A DNA stretch of 64,000 bases from Candidatus Omnitrophota bacterium (GCA_903856085.1 CAIOAT010000029.1:3507-67506); one strand, 5' to 3'. Counted from the first letter of the stretch, positions 22,521 through 33,263 are shown. A program made the numbers and translations. The notes: generated by a model from the letters alone, not told the origin.

Positions 22521-24347
22521 ATGACTTCCACACAAAAATTCGCCGCAATCATTGTCGGTGCCGGGCACGCAGGCGTCGAAGCCTCCCTGGCCATCGCACG
22601 GTCCGGGCTCCCTGTTCTCGTGATTACCATGGATACGAACGCCATCGCGCGCATGTCCTGCAACCCCGCGATCGGCGGCCTTGCCAAAGGACATATTGTT
22701 CGCGAGATCGATGCGCTTGGCGGAGAAATGGGACTTGCGACCGACGCGACGGGCATTCAATTTCGCATGCTCAACAAGTCCAAGGGCCCGGCCGTGTGGG
22801 CGCCGCGCGCGCAGGCGGATAAGAAACAATACGAGCTTTATATGAAGGGCGTTCTCGAGGCGGAAAAAAATCTCACGCTTCGGCAAGGACAGGTCGTGGA
22901 GCTTCTTGTAAAAGACGGAGCGTGTTACGGCGTTCGTACAAAAGAAGGCGACACGTTTTTAGGCGAGCATGTGATCTTGACCACAGGCACTTTTTTGCAG
23001 GGATTGATCCATGTGGGCGAAGAAAAATTTCCGGGTGGGCGGCGCGATGAACCACCCGCGGTCGGTCTTTCTGATTCACTCCGCAGGCATGGCATCGAGC
23101 TTGTTCGTTTTAAGACAGGGACCCCCCCGCGGCTTCATCAAAAGAGCATCCGTTGGGAAATTCTGGAAGAACAAAAAGGCGATGAGCCGCCGCATCCTTT
23201 TTCCTATCAGACAACAAATTTTAAAGTTGAGCAACTCCCCTGCTTCTTGACGCATACCAATGAAAAAGTTCATGAGATCATTCGGGAAAACCTAAGCCGG
23301 TCCCCGCTTTATGCCGGCCGCATTCTGGGGGTCGGCCCCAGGTATTGTCCTTCGGTGGAAGATAAGGTGGTGAAGTTCCCGGACAAAAAAAGCCACCAGA
23401 TCTATTTGGAGCCCGAAGGACGTGAAACGCACGAGATCTACATGAATGGTTTTTCGACCTCACTTCCAAAAGATGTTCAAGAAAAGGCGCTGCGGCAGAT
23501 CCGCGGGCTTGAGGATGCCGAGATTCTGAAGTTTGGCTACGCGATTGAATACGACGCCGCGCCTCCTACCCAACTGAAACACTCGCTGGAAACCAAAAAG
23601 ATAAGGAATTTGTTTTTTGCGGGGCAGATTAACTGTACTTCCGGCTATGAAGAAGCTGCGGCCCAAGGCCTGATGGCCGGGCTTAATGTTCTCCGCAAGA
23701 TTTTTGGCGGAGGCGAATTTATTCTCGACCGGACCGAGGCGTATATCGCAGTGATGATCGACGATCTTGTGACCTGCGGTACGAATGAGCCCTACCGGAT
23801 GTTTACGTCGCGCGCGGAATTCCGGCTTCTGCTCCGGCAGGACAACGCGGACGAGAGGCTCATGTTTTACGGCCATCAGTTCGGGCTCATTTCCGAACAA
23901 ACATTTTCAGAATTCAACGAACGGATGGACCGAATGCGAAACGACATGCTGGAACTTAAAACAAAAAAAATAGGCGGCGACACGCTTTATCAATATTTGA
24001 AACGACCCGAAGCAAGCTATAACAAGCTTGTATTAAGTGGGTTACACTCATGCAATATGTCATCTGATGAAATTCATTGCGTCGAGACCGAAATAAAATA
24101 CGAAGGATATATTGCCCAACAGAGGCGAGAAGTTAATAAATTTTCGAAACTCGAAAAAAGAAAAATACCCGTCGATTTAAACTACGCGGAAGTTCCTGGG
24201 ATCGGCCGGGAAGCAAAAGAAAAGCTAAAAAAAATCCTACCCGAGTCTATAGGCCATGCGGCACGCATTCCAGGCATTTCTTCCTGCGACCTTTCCCTCC
24301 TCGCCGTCTTTATTGAAAAAAGAACAAGAGACGCGCTCAAGAAGTAA
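22521..24347 (+). CDS. mnmG: tRNA uridine 5-carboxymethylaminomethyl modification enzyme MnmG (GidA)
   Basis: The FAD motif is IVGAGHAGVEAS. It is 608 aa with a conserved C-terminal helical domain. Confidence 0.95.
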   Translation: MTSTQKFAAIIVGAGHAGVEASLAIARSGLPVLVITMDTNAIARMSCNPAIGGLAKGHIVREIDALGGEMGLATDATGIQFRMLNKSKGPAVWAPRAQADKKQYELYMKGVLEAEKNLTLRQGQVVELLVKDGACYGVRTKEGDTFLGEHVILTTGTFLQGLIHVGEEKFPGGRRDEPPAVGLSDSLRRHGIELVRFKTGTPPRLHQKSIRWEILEEQKGDEPPHPFSYQTTNFKVEQLPCFLTHTNEKVHEIIRENLSRSPLYAGRILGVGPRYCPSVEDKVVKFPDKKSHQIYLEPEGRETHEIYMNGFSTSLPKDVQEKALRQIRGLEDAEILKFGYAIEYDAAPPTQLKHSLETKKIRNLFFAGQINCTSGYEEAAAQGLMAGLNVLRKIFGGGEFILDRTEAYIAVMIDDLVTCGTNEPYRMFTSRAEFRLLLRQDNADERLMFYGHQFGLISEQTFSEFNERMDRMRNDMLELKTKKIGGDTLYQYLKRPEASYNKLVLSGLHSCNMSSDEIHCVETEIKYEGYIAQQRREVNKFSKLEKRKIPVDLNYAEVPGIGREAKEKLKKILPESIGHAARIPGISSCDLSLLAVFIEKRTRDALKK

Positions 24348-24683
24348 AAGAGTCTTTGAAAGCGATTCTAAGAACCTGCGGCTTTCAATCATGAGCCGGC
24401 AGCTCGTCTAGCGCCAGGCAGTGCAGCGCAAGCCTCGATAGCATAATGAAATATGCGCAGACATTTTAACGCCACAGTCAAAGATGGTTCGCTAATAAGC
24501 CCCACTATTTAAAACGGCCGCCGCTTTCTTTAACTTTCGAATAAATTTCTAAAGGTACGGTTTATATCGCGAAAAGGCATGGATAGTCGTGATGTATTGC
24601 AGGAGGATACTCATGACTGTGTTTTATAAGAATCAATACGACATGGCTATAAAGCGTTTATCTGTATGAGAAAAATAGAATAA

Positions 24684-24699
24684 TGTTTCACGTGAAACA
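24684..24699. promoter_or_regulatory. parS: parS centromere site (perfect 16-bp palindrome)
   Basis: TGTTTCACGTGAAACA is the canonical parS consensus. Confidence 0.85.
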
Positions 24700-24994
24700 A
24701 TCCACAAAAGACGGATAATAAAATATGCTCAGCGGTAAGAGTTGCTCGTGGAATATGGCTATGTTTTTTGAGGAAAACGGTCTATCGCGGAATGTTAGTA
24801 AAAGAGTTCTTAGCGGGACGCTTTGATAAAAACATCTCTTGAGACCAAAAAGCGAATGTTTATTATGGGCGTTCAAATAAAACAGCACAAATTTAGTTTG
24901 CCACAAAAGCAAATGTGTGTAAAATATCCAAAGAAAAGGACGATATGATCGCGTAGACGAATAATAGTAATTTTAAAAGCTCTGCCAATAGGAA

Positions 24995-25010
24995 CGTTTC
25001 ACGTGAAACA
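24995..25010. promoter_or_regulatory. parS: parS centromere site (15/16 match), 13 bp upstream of the parA start.
   Basis: The site reads CGTTTCACGTGAAACA. Confidence 0.8.
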
Positions 25011-25022
25011 TTCGGAGGATAT

Positions 25023-25916
25023 ATGGGGAAAACATTCTCATTCTTTAATCAAAAAGGAGGCGTCGGAAAAACGACCTCTGTCATCAACATAGCTACTGTT
25101 GTCGCCGGATTTGGGAAGAAAGTTTTACTAATAGATCTTGATTCGCAAGGCAATGCTACAAGCGGAGTTGGGATAGAAAAGAACGAAAATGAATCAACAG
25201 CTTATCAACTTCTTGTGGAAAACTCGGATCCTGCCGCGAGTATCAAGAAAACAACCATAGAGAGCCTTTGGATTATACCGTCAAATGCCCATCTGGCTGG
25301 CGCCGAGATGCATTTGATTAGCCAAGAAAAAAGAGAGTTTATTCTTAAAGAACAACTGAAAAAGATCTCAAACGATTACGATTTTATATTTCTTGATTGC
25401 CCGCCATCGCTTGGGCTAATAAGCATAAACGCTTTAACAGCAAGTAGTTATATAATCATACCACTTCAATGTGAATATTATGCACTTGAGGGTCTTGGAC
25501 AACTCCTTAACACCTATCAGCTTGTCAAAAAAAATCTAAGTGCGGAGCTTGAGCTTGGGGGCGTCATTCTGACCATGGCGGATTTTCGGACCAACCTCAC
25601 ACAGCAAGTTATAGAAGAGGTCCGTAATTATTTTAAAGAAAAAGCTTTTCAGAGCGTAATTCCAAGATCGGTAAAACTTTCCGAGGCGCCAAGCTTTGGA
25701 AAGCCAGCTGTTATTTATGACCCGCACAACCGTGGGTCTTTGGCCTATACAGAACTCGGGAAGGAATTTTTGATGCGCTTTGGCTCAGACGACGACCGGA
25801 AAGATTTTGCTCGAGTTGTGCAGGAGACCGTTGTTTCCACGACTCCAGAAGAGATGCAAAACACGGAAGCCGCGCCAGAATCCGAACAACCCCAGGCAGC
25901 CCAAACGAATCCGTAA
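25023..25916 (+). CDS. parA: Chromosome partitioning ATPase ParA/Soj, with an acidic C-terminal extension.
   Basis: The deviant Walker A is NQKGGVGKTTSVINIA. It is 297 aa. Confidence 0.95.
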   Translation: MGKTFSFFNQKGGVGKTTSVINIATVVAGFGKKVLLIDLDSQGNATSGVGIEKNENESTAYQLLVENSDPAASIKKTTIESLWIIPSNAHLAGAEMHLISQEKREFILKEQLKKISNDYDFIFLDCPPSLGLISINALTASSYIIIPLQCEYYALEGLGQLLNTYQLVKKNLSAELELGGVILTMADFRTNLTQQVIEEVRNYFKEKAFQSVIPRSVKLSEAPSFGKPAVIYDPHNRGSLAYTELGKEFLMRFGSDDDRKDFARVVQETVVSTTPEEMQNTEAAPESEQPQAAQTNP

Positions 25917-25952
25917 AACATATAACTTGTTTATAGAGAAGGAGTTAAAAAA

Positions 25953-26900
25953 ATGAAAAAAGCTCTTGGTAAAGGATTAAGCGCGCTGATTCCTGACAGC
26001 TATAAGGAACATATGGCCGCGACAGAAAAAGAAAATCTCACAACAGCGGCCACCATTACCTCGGAGCCAGAGGCTATTGTGAGCGCAGCGGTTCTTCCGG
26101 CGAAGGACTCGGCATTTCAGCTGATACCAACATCATTGATTGCGCCAAATGCAGACCAACCGCGCAAAAATTTTAACGTAGAAACGATAGAAGAACTTGC
26201 GAGCTCTATTCGCGAAAAAGGTATCTTGCAGCCGATCATCGTGAAGAAGAAAGGCGAGGGAGCTTTTGAGATAGTGTGCGGCGAGCGACGCTTTCGCGCC
26301 GCGACGCTTTGCGGCTTGGCGGAAGTGCCAGCCATCATTAAAGATATCGCGGACGAAGATTTCCTGGAATGGGCGCTGATCGAGAACATTCAGCGCGAAG
26401 ACTTGAATCCTATCGAGGAAGCGGAAGCGTATCAGCGCCTCGTGGAAGAGCGAATGATCTCCCAAGAAGAGGTCGCGAAGCGGGTGGGGAAGAACCGCGT
26501 AACGGTTACGAACACGCTCAGACTTTTACGCCTGCCCCCGGAAGTGAAACAATATTTGGCGGACGGCAGACTATCCGCGGGACACGCGCGCGCGCTCCTC
26601 GGACTTCTGTCCCCGGAACATCAAAGGCAAATGGCCAAAAGAATCGTCGATGAGAATTTGTCGGTGCGCCAGGTCGAAGCCATCGTCAATCGAAGCAATG
26701 CGCATAAGCGAAAGGCGAAGTCCGCCCGGCATCTCAGCGCCGAAATCGTGGATCTTGAAACGCGCCTCACACATTTTCTCGGAACCCAGGCAAAGATCTA
26801 TCCGCGAAAGAACCAGAAAGAAGGTCGCCTTGAGATCCAGTATTTTTCTTTAGACGATCTCGATCGCGTTCTCCAGAAGATTGGTCTGCCGAAAGGTTGA
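25953..26900 (+). CDS. parB: Chromosome partitioning protein ParB/Spo0J
   Basis: The ParB box reads GERRFRAA. HTH and ParB N-terminal domains are present. Confidence 0.95.
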   Translation: MKKALGKGLSALIPDSYKEHMAATEKENLTTAATITSEPEAIVSAAVLPAKDSAFQLIPTSLIAPNADQPRKNFNVETIEELASSIREKGILQPIIVKKKGEGAFEIVCGERRFRAATLCGLAEVPAIIKDIADEDFLEWALIENIQREDLNPIEEAEAYQRLVEERMISQEEVAKRVGKNRVTVTNTLRLLRLPPEVKQYLADGRLSAGHARALLGLLSPEHQRQMAKRIVDENLSVRQVEAIVNRSNAHKRKAKSARHLSAEIVDLETRLTHFLGTQAKIYPRKNQKEGRLEIQYFSLDDLDRVLQKIGLPKG

Positions 26901-26998
26901 CCTAGACGAATTCCATTTCCACTCCCGCAGAAAGTGATAAATAGGGGACGGATTTTTCGGAAGGCGTCCTCCATTTAACAAGCGAGAGCGAAAAGAGC

Positions 26999-27030
26999 CT
27001 TTACAGAAGTCCTAGCCCCTGTGCTATAAT
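26999..27030 (+). promoter_or_regulatory. Candidate sigma70-type promoter upstream of the SBP gene.
   Basis: TTACAG, an 18-nt spacer, then TATAAT at about 27025-27030. Confidence 0.3.
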
Positions 27031-27203
27031 TCCCGCACTTTATCGCTTTTGTATGCGGTTCTTATCACTAGGATCGCGTCAGTTTAATTTCGATGGATGC
27101 ACAGCGCGGCACGGCGAACCTGAAAATTAATATCAAAGCAGTGCTCAGAGAAAGCAATTCCTCGCGAAGCCGATAGACGCCTTTCAAGCGAAGGGGATTC
27201 CGG

Positions 27204-28499
27204 ATGTCAAAAAGTTTTTGGGCGGTGAGTTTTCCCATTCTTTTAACAATCTTTGTTTTGGCCGGCTGCGGTTCTCCGGTTGAGACGGGGAGCCAAGGCG
27301 CCACGGAAGTTAAGGTGAGCTTCTGGGGAACGCCCGAAGAGATCGGTATTATTACCGACGCTCTTACGCCGTGGCAGGCAGAACATCCTGAGATCAAGAT
27401 CGTTTTTGAACACACGCCCTACACAGGCTACATTAGCAAAATCCTCACACGGATCGCCGGAGGCGCGGCACCGGACATCATCGCTACCGAGGTCGATTAT
27501 TTCGTGACCTTCGCGACCAAAGGCGTTCTGGAAGACCTGACGCCGTATGAGGTTGCCGACCCGAAAGATTTTAATAAGAGCGATTTCTTTCCGCAGATCA
27601 TCGATCGCTTCACTTATCAGGGAAAACTTCTGGCTATCCCGCGCGACATTGCTCCGTTTGCTTGTGTGTTCTACAATAAAAAAGTTTTTGACGAAGCGAA
27701 GATCCCTTATCCGACAGATGACTGGAACTGGAGCGACATGCTACGCCTCGCGCGCGAACTCACCAAAAAAGACAGCGCCGGGCGCGTAACACAGTACGGT
27801 TTTTACACCTGGGCTTGGCAGAATTTCATTTATGGGAATGGCGGGGGACTCGTGGATAATGTTAAAAATCCTACGAAGACACGGCTGGACGACGATCGCT
27901 CCATCATGGGGATTCAGTTTTATGCCGATCTGAGCAATTTATATGAAGCCATGCCGACGCCCACAGCCTTCATGAATTTTGGAATGGGTGCGGACCGGAT
28001 GTTTGCCAACGGACGCATCGCGATGTTCCTTTCCGGCATTTGGGAAGCCCCGCAATTTCGAAATTACAACTTCGAATGGGATGTAGTGATGTTTCCCAAG
28101 AACGATAAAGGAGTTCGCGCGTTCGGGACCGGAGGCACGGGCTATGCGATCCTTAAGTCCTCTAAACATAAAAAGGCGGCCTGGGAAGTGATTAAGGCCC
28201 TGACGGGTCCCGAAGGGCAACGGCAATTCGCCAAGCGAGGTCTCGCTCAGCCCGCCCGAATCTCTGTGGCAAATAGCGATGCATTCGCCGGAGACGTGTC
28301 CGCTCCCGCCAACAAGAAGATGCTTAATGAAGCGGTTCAGTACGCGGTCTTCAGCCCCTTCCACCCCAAATGGCGCGAGATCGAAGAAAAATATATCCGC
28401 CCGAAACTCGATCTTATTTTTAGCGGGAAGAAAACCGCCGCGGAAGCCGCTAAGGAGCTGGCGCCCGAAGTTAACGCCCAGCTGCAGGAATCCGAATAA
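27204..28499 (+). CDS. Extracellular solute-binding lipoprotein (ABC sugar-binding, family 1)
   Basis: The signal peptide has a lipobox, LAGC|GS. It is 431 aa with an SBP_bac_1-like fold. No permease or ATPase genes follow. Confidence 0.85.
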   Translation: MSKSFWAVSFPILLTIFVLAGCGSPVETGSQGATEVKVSFWGTPEEIGIITDALTPWQAEHPEIKIVFEHTPYTGYISKILTRIAGGAAPDIIATEVDYFVTFATKGVLEDLTPYEVADPKDFNKSDFFPQIIDRFTYQGKLLAIPRDIAPFACVFYNKKVFDEAKIPYPTDDWNWSDMLRLARELTKKDSAGRVTQYGFYTWAWQNFIYGNGGGLVDNVKNPTKTRLDDDRSIMGIQFYADLSNLYEAMPTPTAFMNFGMGADRMFANGRIAMFLSGIWEAPQFRNYNFEWDVVMFPKNDKGVRAFGTGGTGYAILKSSKHKKAAWEVIKALTGPEGQRQFAKRGLAQPARISVANSDAFAGDVSAPANKKMLNEAVQYAVFSPFHPKWREIEEKYIRPKLDLIFSGKKTAAEAAKELAPEVNAQLQESE

Positions 28500-28543
28500 A
28501 CAAACTCATTTTAAAGTAAAAAAGCCAAGGAGTTTTTGCCGTC

Positions 28544-31000
28544 ATGCCCAGAAAATCCAAAGAAAGAAAAAAAGCGGAAGCAAAAATGCTTTTGAAGGAA
28601 GACGGGGTCGAAAAGAAATTCGCTTCAAAATACGGTTACTTCACGGCCGATGGGCGCGAGTTTGTCATCACGCGTCCGGATACGCCGCGCCCGTGGGTGA
28701 ACGTGATCTCCAACGGGGATTATGGCGTGATCGAAACGCAAACCGGTTCCGGATTTTCATGGCGCGACAACTCGAACCTGTCACGCGTCACGCGCTGGGA
28801 TCAGGATTTGATCCGTGACAACTGGGGCAAATATATTTATGTGCGCGACCGGGATAACGGAGACTATTGGTCCGGGACCTGGAAGCCGTGCATGCCGAAG
28901 TATGATTTTTTTGAAGTAAGACACGGGCAGGGATATTCGATCCTGACGAGCAAACTTCACGGGATAAGGCTTGAGAAAACGATCTTTGTCGACGTGGAAG
29001 ATCCGGTCGAGGTTTGGAAGGTCGTTTTGACGAATCAATCCGGGAAAAAACGCCGCTTGAGCCTTTTTACCTATTTTGACTGGTGTCTCGGAAATTGGTC
29101 GGACACGCATCGTGAATTTCATAAAACGTTCATCGAGACCTGGATCGATAAAAAGAACGGTTGTGTCCATGGCGTCAAGCGCGCGCCGCTCGTGCCTGGA
29201 TTTATTTCAACCGGGATGACCGAAAAACCGCTTCAAGGGTTCCACGCGGCGAACCCCAAACCTGTGGCCTATGACGGCGACAAGGAATCTTTTCTGGGAC
29301 GCTATGGTGAGATCCACGCGCCGGCCGCGGTGGTGGAAGGAAAATGCCGGAACTCGGAAGGGAAGTGGGGCGATGCGTCGGCGAGCCTCCAAGTCGACGT
29401 CGAGCTCGATCCTAAGGAGTCCAAAACCGTGATCTTCACGCTGGGTTCGACGCGCAACCGGGAAGAAGCCGAACGGATCATCCAAAAATATTCTCACCCC
29501 AGGGTCGTGGAACAGGAGCTTCACAAGGTCAAGGCGCTTTGGGATTCTTTTATCCATGCCTCCGAGATTGAAACGCCGGACGAAGCAATGAATTTCATGA
29601 CGAACACCTGGATGAAGTATCAGGCGATCTCCGCGCGCATCTGGGCCAAGTGCGCTTATTACCAGTCAAGCGGCGGCTACGGGTTCCGGGACCAATTGCA
29701 AGATTGCCAGATCTTTTTCGCGACAAGGCCCGAACTCGCAAAAAAACAGATCCTTCTTCACGCGGAGCAACAATTTCCGGACGGGACGGTCTATCACTGG
29801 TGGCATCACGGCACGAATATCGGCGCCATTACGCATTGTTCCGACGACTTGCTGTGGCTTGATTTCATCACGCTGAACTATCTTGATGAAACCGCCGACG
29901 ATGCGATCCTGAATGCGGTGGTGAAATTCCTGCCTGATCCGAAAACCAAAGAGGTCGCCTCGGGGACACTTTACGATCACATGCTTCGTGCGATCGACAA
30001 GGCGCTTACGAGGTTCTCGCCGCGCGGGCTGCCCTTGATCGGCGAATGTGATTGGAACGACGGGCTAAGCCATGTGGGCACGAAGTGGAAAGGCGAGTCA
30101 ATCTGGCTCGGGCATTTTCTCTACGGCATTTTGAACCGGATTGCTCCGATCATGGAAAAGCGTGGCGATAAAACAAAAGCTGCGGAATATCTCCGTCGCG
30201 CGGAGGCGATGAAAAAAGCGCTCAACACCGAAGGATGGGACGGGGAATGGTATTTGGGGGCGACTCGCGACGACGGAAGACCGCTCGGCAGCAAAAAATG
30301 TGAGACCGGAAAAATCTTCCTTAATTGTCAAACCTGGGCCGTCATTACGGGCGTGGCGGACGCAAAGCGCGCTCGAATTGCAATGGATTCAGCCGCGAAG
30401 TGGCTTTACAAAAAATACGGGCCGCTTCTTTTGACGCCTGGCTATAACACGACCGACGCGACGATCGGTTACATCACCCGTTACGCTCCCTCCGTCCGTG
30501 AGAACGGCGGGCTTTACACGCATGCCGGCACCTGGGCGATTCAGGCGGAAGCGATAATGCGCGACGGAGAAAAGGCGCATCAAGTTTACAAGAGTTTTAA
30601 CCCCGCGACGCGCGGTCTGGAACCGGATATTTATTACAGCGAGCCTTATGTGACGCCTGGAAATGTAGACGGGCCGGACTCACCCAACAATGGCCGCGGC
30701 GGCTGGACTTGGTATACGGGTTCCGCGGCGTGGTATGAGGTGGTGGCCATGAACTGGATCTTGGGCATTCGTCCTACCGCCAAGGGATTGATCGTAGATC
30801 CCGTGATCCCTAAGAAATGGCCAGGATTCAAGATGAAACGCCTTTTCCGAGGCAGCACCTACTTGATCGAGGTAAAAAACCCCCAACAAACCGGGCAGGG
30901 GGTCCAGTCTGTCGTGGTGGATGGGAAAAAGCAGAAGGAAAATCTTATCCCGGACCTGCGGGACGGCAGAACTCACCGGGTTGAAGTTACGCTCGGATAA
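28544..31000 (+). CDS. GH94-family glycoside phosphorylase (cellobiose / beta-1,2-oligoglucan phosphorylase-like)
   Basis: The N-terminal sugar-binding domain reads ITRPDTPRPWVNVISNGDYGVIETQTGSGFSWRDNSNLSRVTRWDQD...GKYIYVRDRDNGDYWSGTWKP, which matches the cellobiose-phosphorylase N-terminus. The catalytic-barrel motif is YYQSSGGYGFRDQLQD. It is 818 aa. Confidence 0.8.
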   Translation: MPRKSKERKKAEAKMLLKEDGVEKKFASKYGYFTADGREFVITRPDTPRPWVNVISNGDYGVIETQTGSGFSWRDNSNLSRVTRWDQDLIRDNWGKYIYVRDRDNGDYWSGTWKPCMPKYDFFEVRHGQGYSILTSKLHGIRLEKTIFVDVEDPVEVWKVVLTNQSGKKRRLSLFTYFDWCLGNWSDTHREFHKTFIETWIDKKNGCVHGVKRAPLVPGFISTGMTEKPLQGFHAANPKPVAYDGDKESFLGRYGEIHAPAAVVEGKCRNSEGKWGDASASLQVDVELDPKESKTVIFTLGSTRNREEAERIIQKYSHPRVVEQELHKVKALWDSFIHASEIETPDEAMNFMTNTWMKYQAISARIWAKCAYYQSSGGYGFRDQLQDCQIFFATRPELAKKQILLHAEQQFPDGTVYHWWHHGTNIGAITHCSDDLLWLDFITLNYLDETADDAILNAVVKFLPDPKTKEVASGTLYDHMLRAIDKALTRFSPRGLPLIGECDWNDGLSHVGTKWKGESIWLGHFLYGILNRIAPIMEKRGDKTKAAEYLRRAEAMKKALNTEGWDGEWYLGATRDDGRPLGSKKCETGKIFLNCQTWAVITGVADAKRARIAMDSAAKWLYKKYGPLLLTPGYNTTDATIGYITRYAPSVRENGGLYTHAGTWAIQAEAIMRDGEKAHQVYKSFNPATRGLEPDIYYSEPYVTPGNVDGPDSPNNGRGGWTWYTGSAAWYEVVAMNWILGIRPTAKGLIVDPVIPKKWPGFKMKRLFRGSTYLIEVKNPQQTGQGVQSVVVDGKKQKENLIPDLRDGRTHRVEVTLG

Positions 31001-31008
31001 ATTAAAAA

Positions 31009-33105
31009 ATGACCCTTCAAAAGAAGCATTTCCTGGGCGTGAGGCAACTCCCGGGAAATGCTTTTTTGTTTTTTGTCGCCGCGTGTTTTCTTGGAGCGTT
31101 CCTTCCGACGAGTCTCGCTGTCCCCAAAACCCAGAAACAAAAACCCAAGGAGACCTATGTTCAACAAATTGGTCCCGCAAGCGGAGAAGCGCCGCTTGAT
31201 ATTGGGAAAGTCTACAACATCGTTCCTGCCGGCAAACCCCTTCGGGTCTCGACTCAATTTAAGGTCGTGGATGATTTTAACGCCGGAGAGCTCAAGAACA
31301 GTCTTGGGGGGGCCTGGATTGTAGACAAAGGGGAGGAAAAAAAGGTTCGGCTAGATCTGAAAAAAGAAGACGCGCGCAACACGAAAGCCGGAGGCTCTTT
31401 ATGGGCGAGAGTCAATCTCAAGAGAAAAGAAAAAGCGACTTTCAAAACCTCTCTTGAAAGGCTGGATATGAGCGCGGCCCACTACCTTGCGCTTAAGTGC
31501 AAAACCGATTCTTCAGCGCCTTTTAAAGGACGCCTGCGCATTGCCCTGACGGATTGGGCGGGGAAGACCGTGGAGAAGGACATCACAGACGCTTGCCTAG
31601 AAAAAGAAGGGTGGAATGAAGCGGTTCTGCCGATGCAGGTTTTTATGGGCGTCGATCTTGATCAGCTGAAGTTTCTTTCTTTCAGTGCGTTTGCGCGGGA
31701 CCGGAACCTGGCGGGAAAACTGGGACTGGACGAAATTACTTTCGTGGGACATTCAGAGGTTGGATTTGAAAGCGTGGAGGATAATTTTGTCGGGTTCCCA
31801 CACTCCGTTTTGGACGAGCACCGGCGCGAAGAGCTTTTGGCGACCCGAAGCGACAAAGAACTGCTTTTGAAGATCGCCAAAGATACCTGGCAGTATTTTG
31901 AAAATGCTACCGACAAAAGGAACCATCTTATCTCGGACCATTTTAAGGTCGGGGATTTCCCGCTCGCGGCCGCCTACACTTCCCCCACGAATATCGCCCT
32001 GGATCTTATGGGGACCGTCGCCGCAAGAGAGCTGAAGATCATTACTCCGGAAGCAGCGGCCAAGCGCGTTCAGAACAATTTGAAAACACTTAAAAAGCTG
32101 GATGCGTGGAAAGGCTTTTTTTTCAACTTTTATGAAACGACCCAGCTAGGGGTGTCCAACCAGTTCGTTTCAAGCGTGGACAACGGATGGCTTGCCATTG
32201 CGCTTGTGGTCGTTCGCCAGGCTTTTCCGGGGGAGATCGCGCAGGAAGCTACGGCCATTCTGGACCGATTTCATTTCCAAGAGTTCCTGGATCCAGAAAC
32301 CAATCACCTCGCTCTTGGGTACGACGTGACCCGGCAAAGTCCCACTCCGTATCATTATGGAATGCTTGTGACCGAAGCGCGCGCGATGAGTCTTTACGCG
32401 ATCGGCAAGGGAGATCTCCCGAAAGAGCATTGGTGGTATCTTTATCGCACGGCGCCGGACGCGTGGGAATGGCAAACGCAAAAACCAAAGGGCAAAATGA
32501 TCGAGCGGGACAAGGTCAATTATTTCCAGGGTTATTATGAGGAGGGAAAGACAAAATTTGTGCCAAGCTGGGGAGGCTCCCTTTTTGAATTTTTGATGCC
32601 GACGATGGTGATTAACGAACAAAAATTCGCTTCCAAAGGGCTCGGACTCAACGACACGATCGTAACCGAACTTCACCGAGACTACGCCTTGAAGGAAAAA
32701 AAATATCCCGCTTGGGGGATCTCGCCCTCTGCGACCGCTGATGGACGACGCTGGATGTATGGCGAGTACGGTATAAAGAAACTAGGGACGAAAGGGTATC
32801 CCGATCGCGGCGTGATCACTCCCCATGCGAGCTTCCTAGCACTGGACTCTTTGCCCAAGGACGCGATCAAGAATATTCGCAAACTTCTCACGTTTGACCT
32901 TTATGGGGAATATGGCTTTTATGATTCGATCACTTTCCCAGGTCAAAAAGTGAACACTCAATATCTGGCTCTGGACCAAGGGATGGTCCTTATCCCGATC
33001 GCGAACTATCTGAAAAAAGGCGTGATTCAGGACTATTTTCACAGAGACCCCGTCGGTAAAAAAGCGAAAGAGTTATTAGAACAGGAAAATTTTTTCAAGA
33101 ACTGA
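31009..33105 (+). CDS. Secreted protein, putative (alpha/alpha)6-barrel glycoside hydrolase (DUF3131/GH144-like?).
   Basis: It has an N-terminal signal/TM segment and is 698 aa. Its position next to the GH94 phosphorylase and SBP is suggestive. The family assignment is a guess from composition only. Confidence 0.35.
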   Translation: MTLQKKHFLGVRQLPGNAFLFFVAACFLGAFLPTSLAVPKTQKQKPKETYVQQIGPASGEAPLDIGKVYNIVPAGKPLRVSTQFKVVDDFNAGELKNSLGGAWIVDKGEEKKVRLDLKKEDARNTKAGGSLWARVNLKRKEKATFKTSLERLDMSAAHYLALKCKTDSSAPFKGRLRIALTDWAGKTVEKDITDACLEKEGWNEAVLPMQVFMGVDLDQLKFLSFSAFARDRNLAGKLGLDEITFVGHSEVGFESVEDNFVGFPHSVLDEHRREELLATRSDKELLLKIAKDTWQYFENATDKRNHLISDHFKVGDFPLAAAYTSPTNIALDLMGTVAARELKIITPEAAAKRVQNNLKTLKKLDAWKGFFFNFYETTQLGVSNQFVSSVDNGWLAIALVVVRQAFPGEIAQEATAILDRFHFQEFLDPETNHLALGYDVTRQSPTPYHYGMLVTEARAMSLYAIGKGDLPKEHWWYLYRTAPDAWEWQTQKPKGKMIERDKVNYFQGYYEEGKTKFVPSWGGSLFEFLMPTMVINEQKFASKGLGLNDTIVTELHRDYALKEKKYPAWGISPSATADGRRWMYGEYGIKKLGTKGYPDRGVITPHASFLALDSLPKDAIKNIRKLLTFDLYGEYGFYDSITFPGQKVNTQYLALDQGMVLIPIANYLKKGVIQDYFHRDPVGKKAKELLEQENFFKN

Positions 33106-33192
33106 GGAGCGCTAATCCCTTTTCTGGTCGGGGGTTGCGCCTTCTTATAAAAAAGTTTTAATATCCACGACAAGTGGCGCTCAATTAATGCT

Positions 33193-33220
33193 TTGAAAAA
33201 GCATATTGTGGAGTTAAAAT
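33193..33220 (+). promoter_or_regulatory. Candidate promoter upstream of the ROK regulator, with flanking repeated TTGTGG motifs.
   Basis: TTGAAA at 33193-33198, a 16-nt spacer, then TAAAAT at 33215-33220. ATTGTGGAG and ATTGTGGCAC repeats lie nearby. Confidence 0.3.
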
Positions 33221-33263
33221 GAGTGACAATTGTGGCACTTATATAGTTACAAGATAACAAGTT

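Noticed and set aside
21937-22886. Minus-strand ORFs of 203 and 149 aa overlapping the yidC 3' end and mnmG 5' end
   Set aside because: They lie on the opposite strand of well-supported genes. Their His- and Arg-rich composition has no domain signal.
24688-24912. Minus-strand 74-aa ORF in the mnmG-parA spacer
   Set aside because: The product is a Phe/Leu/Tyr-rich low-complexity peptide from an AT-rich region. It overlaps the parS site. It is probably not coding.
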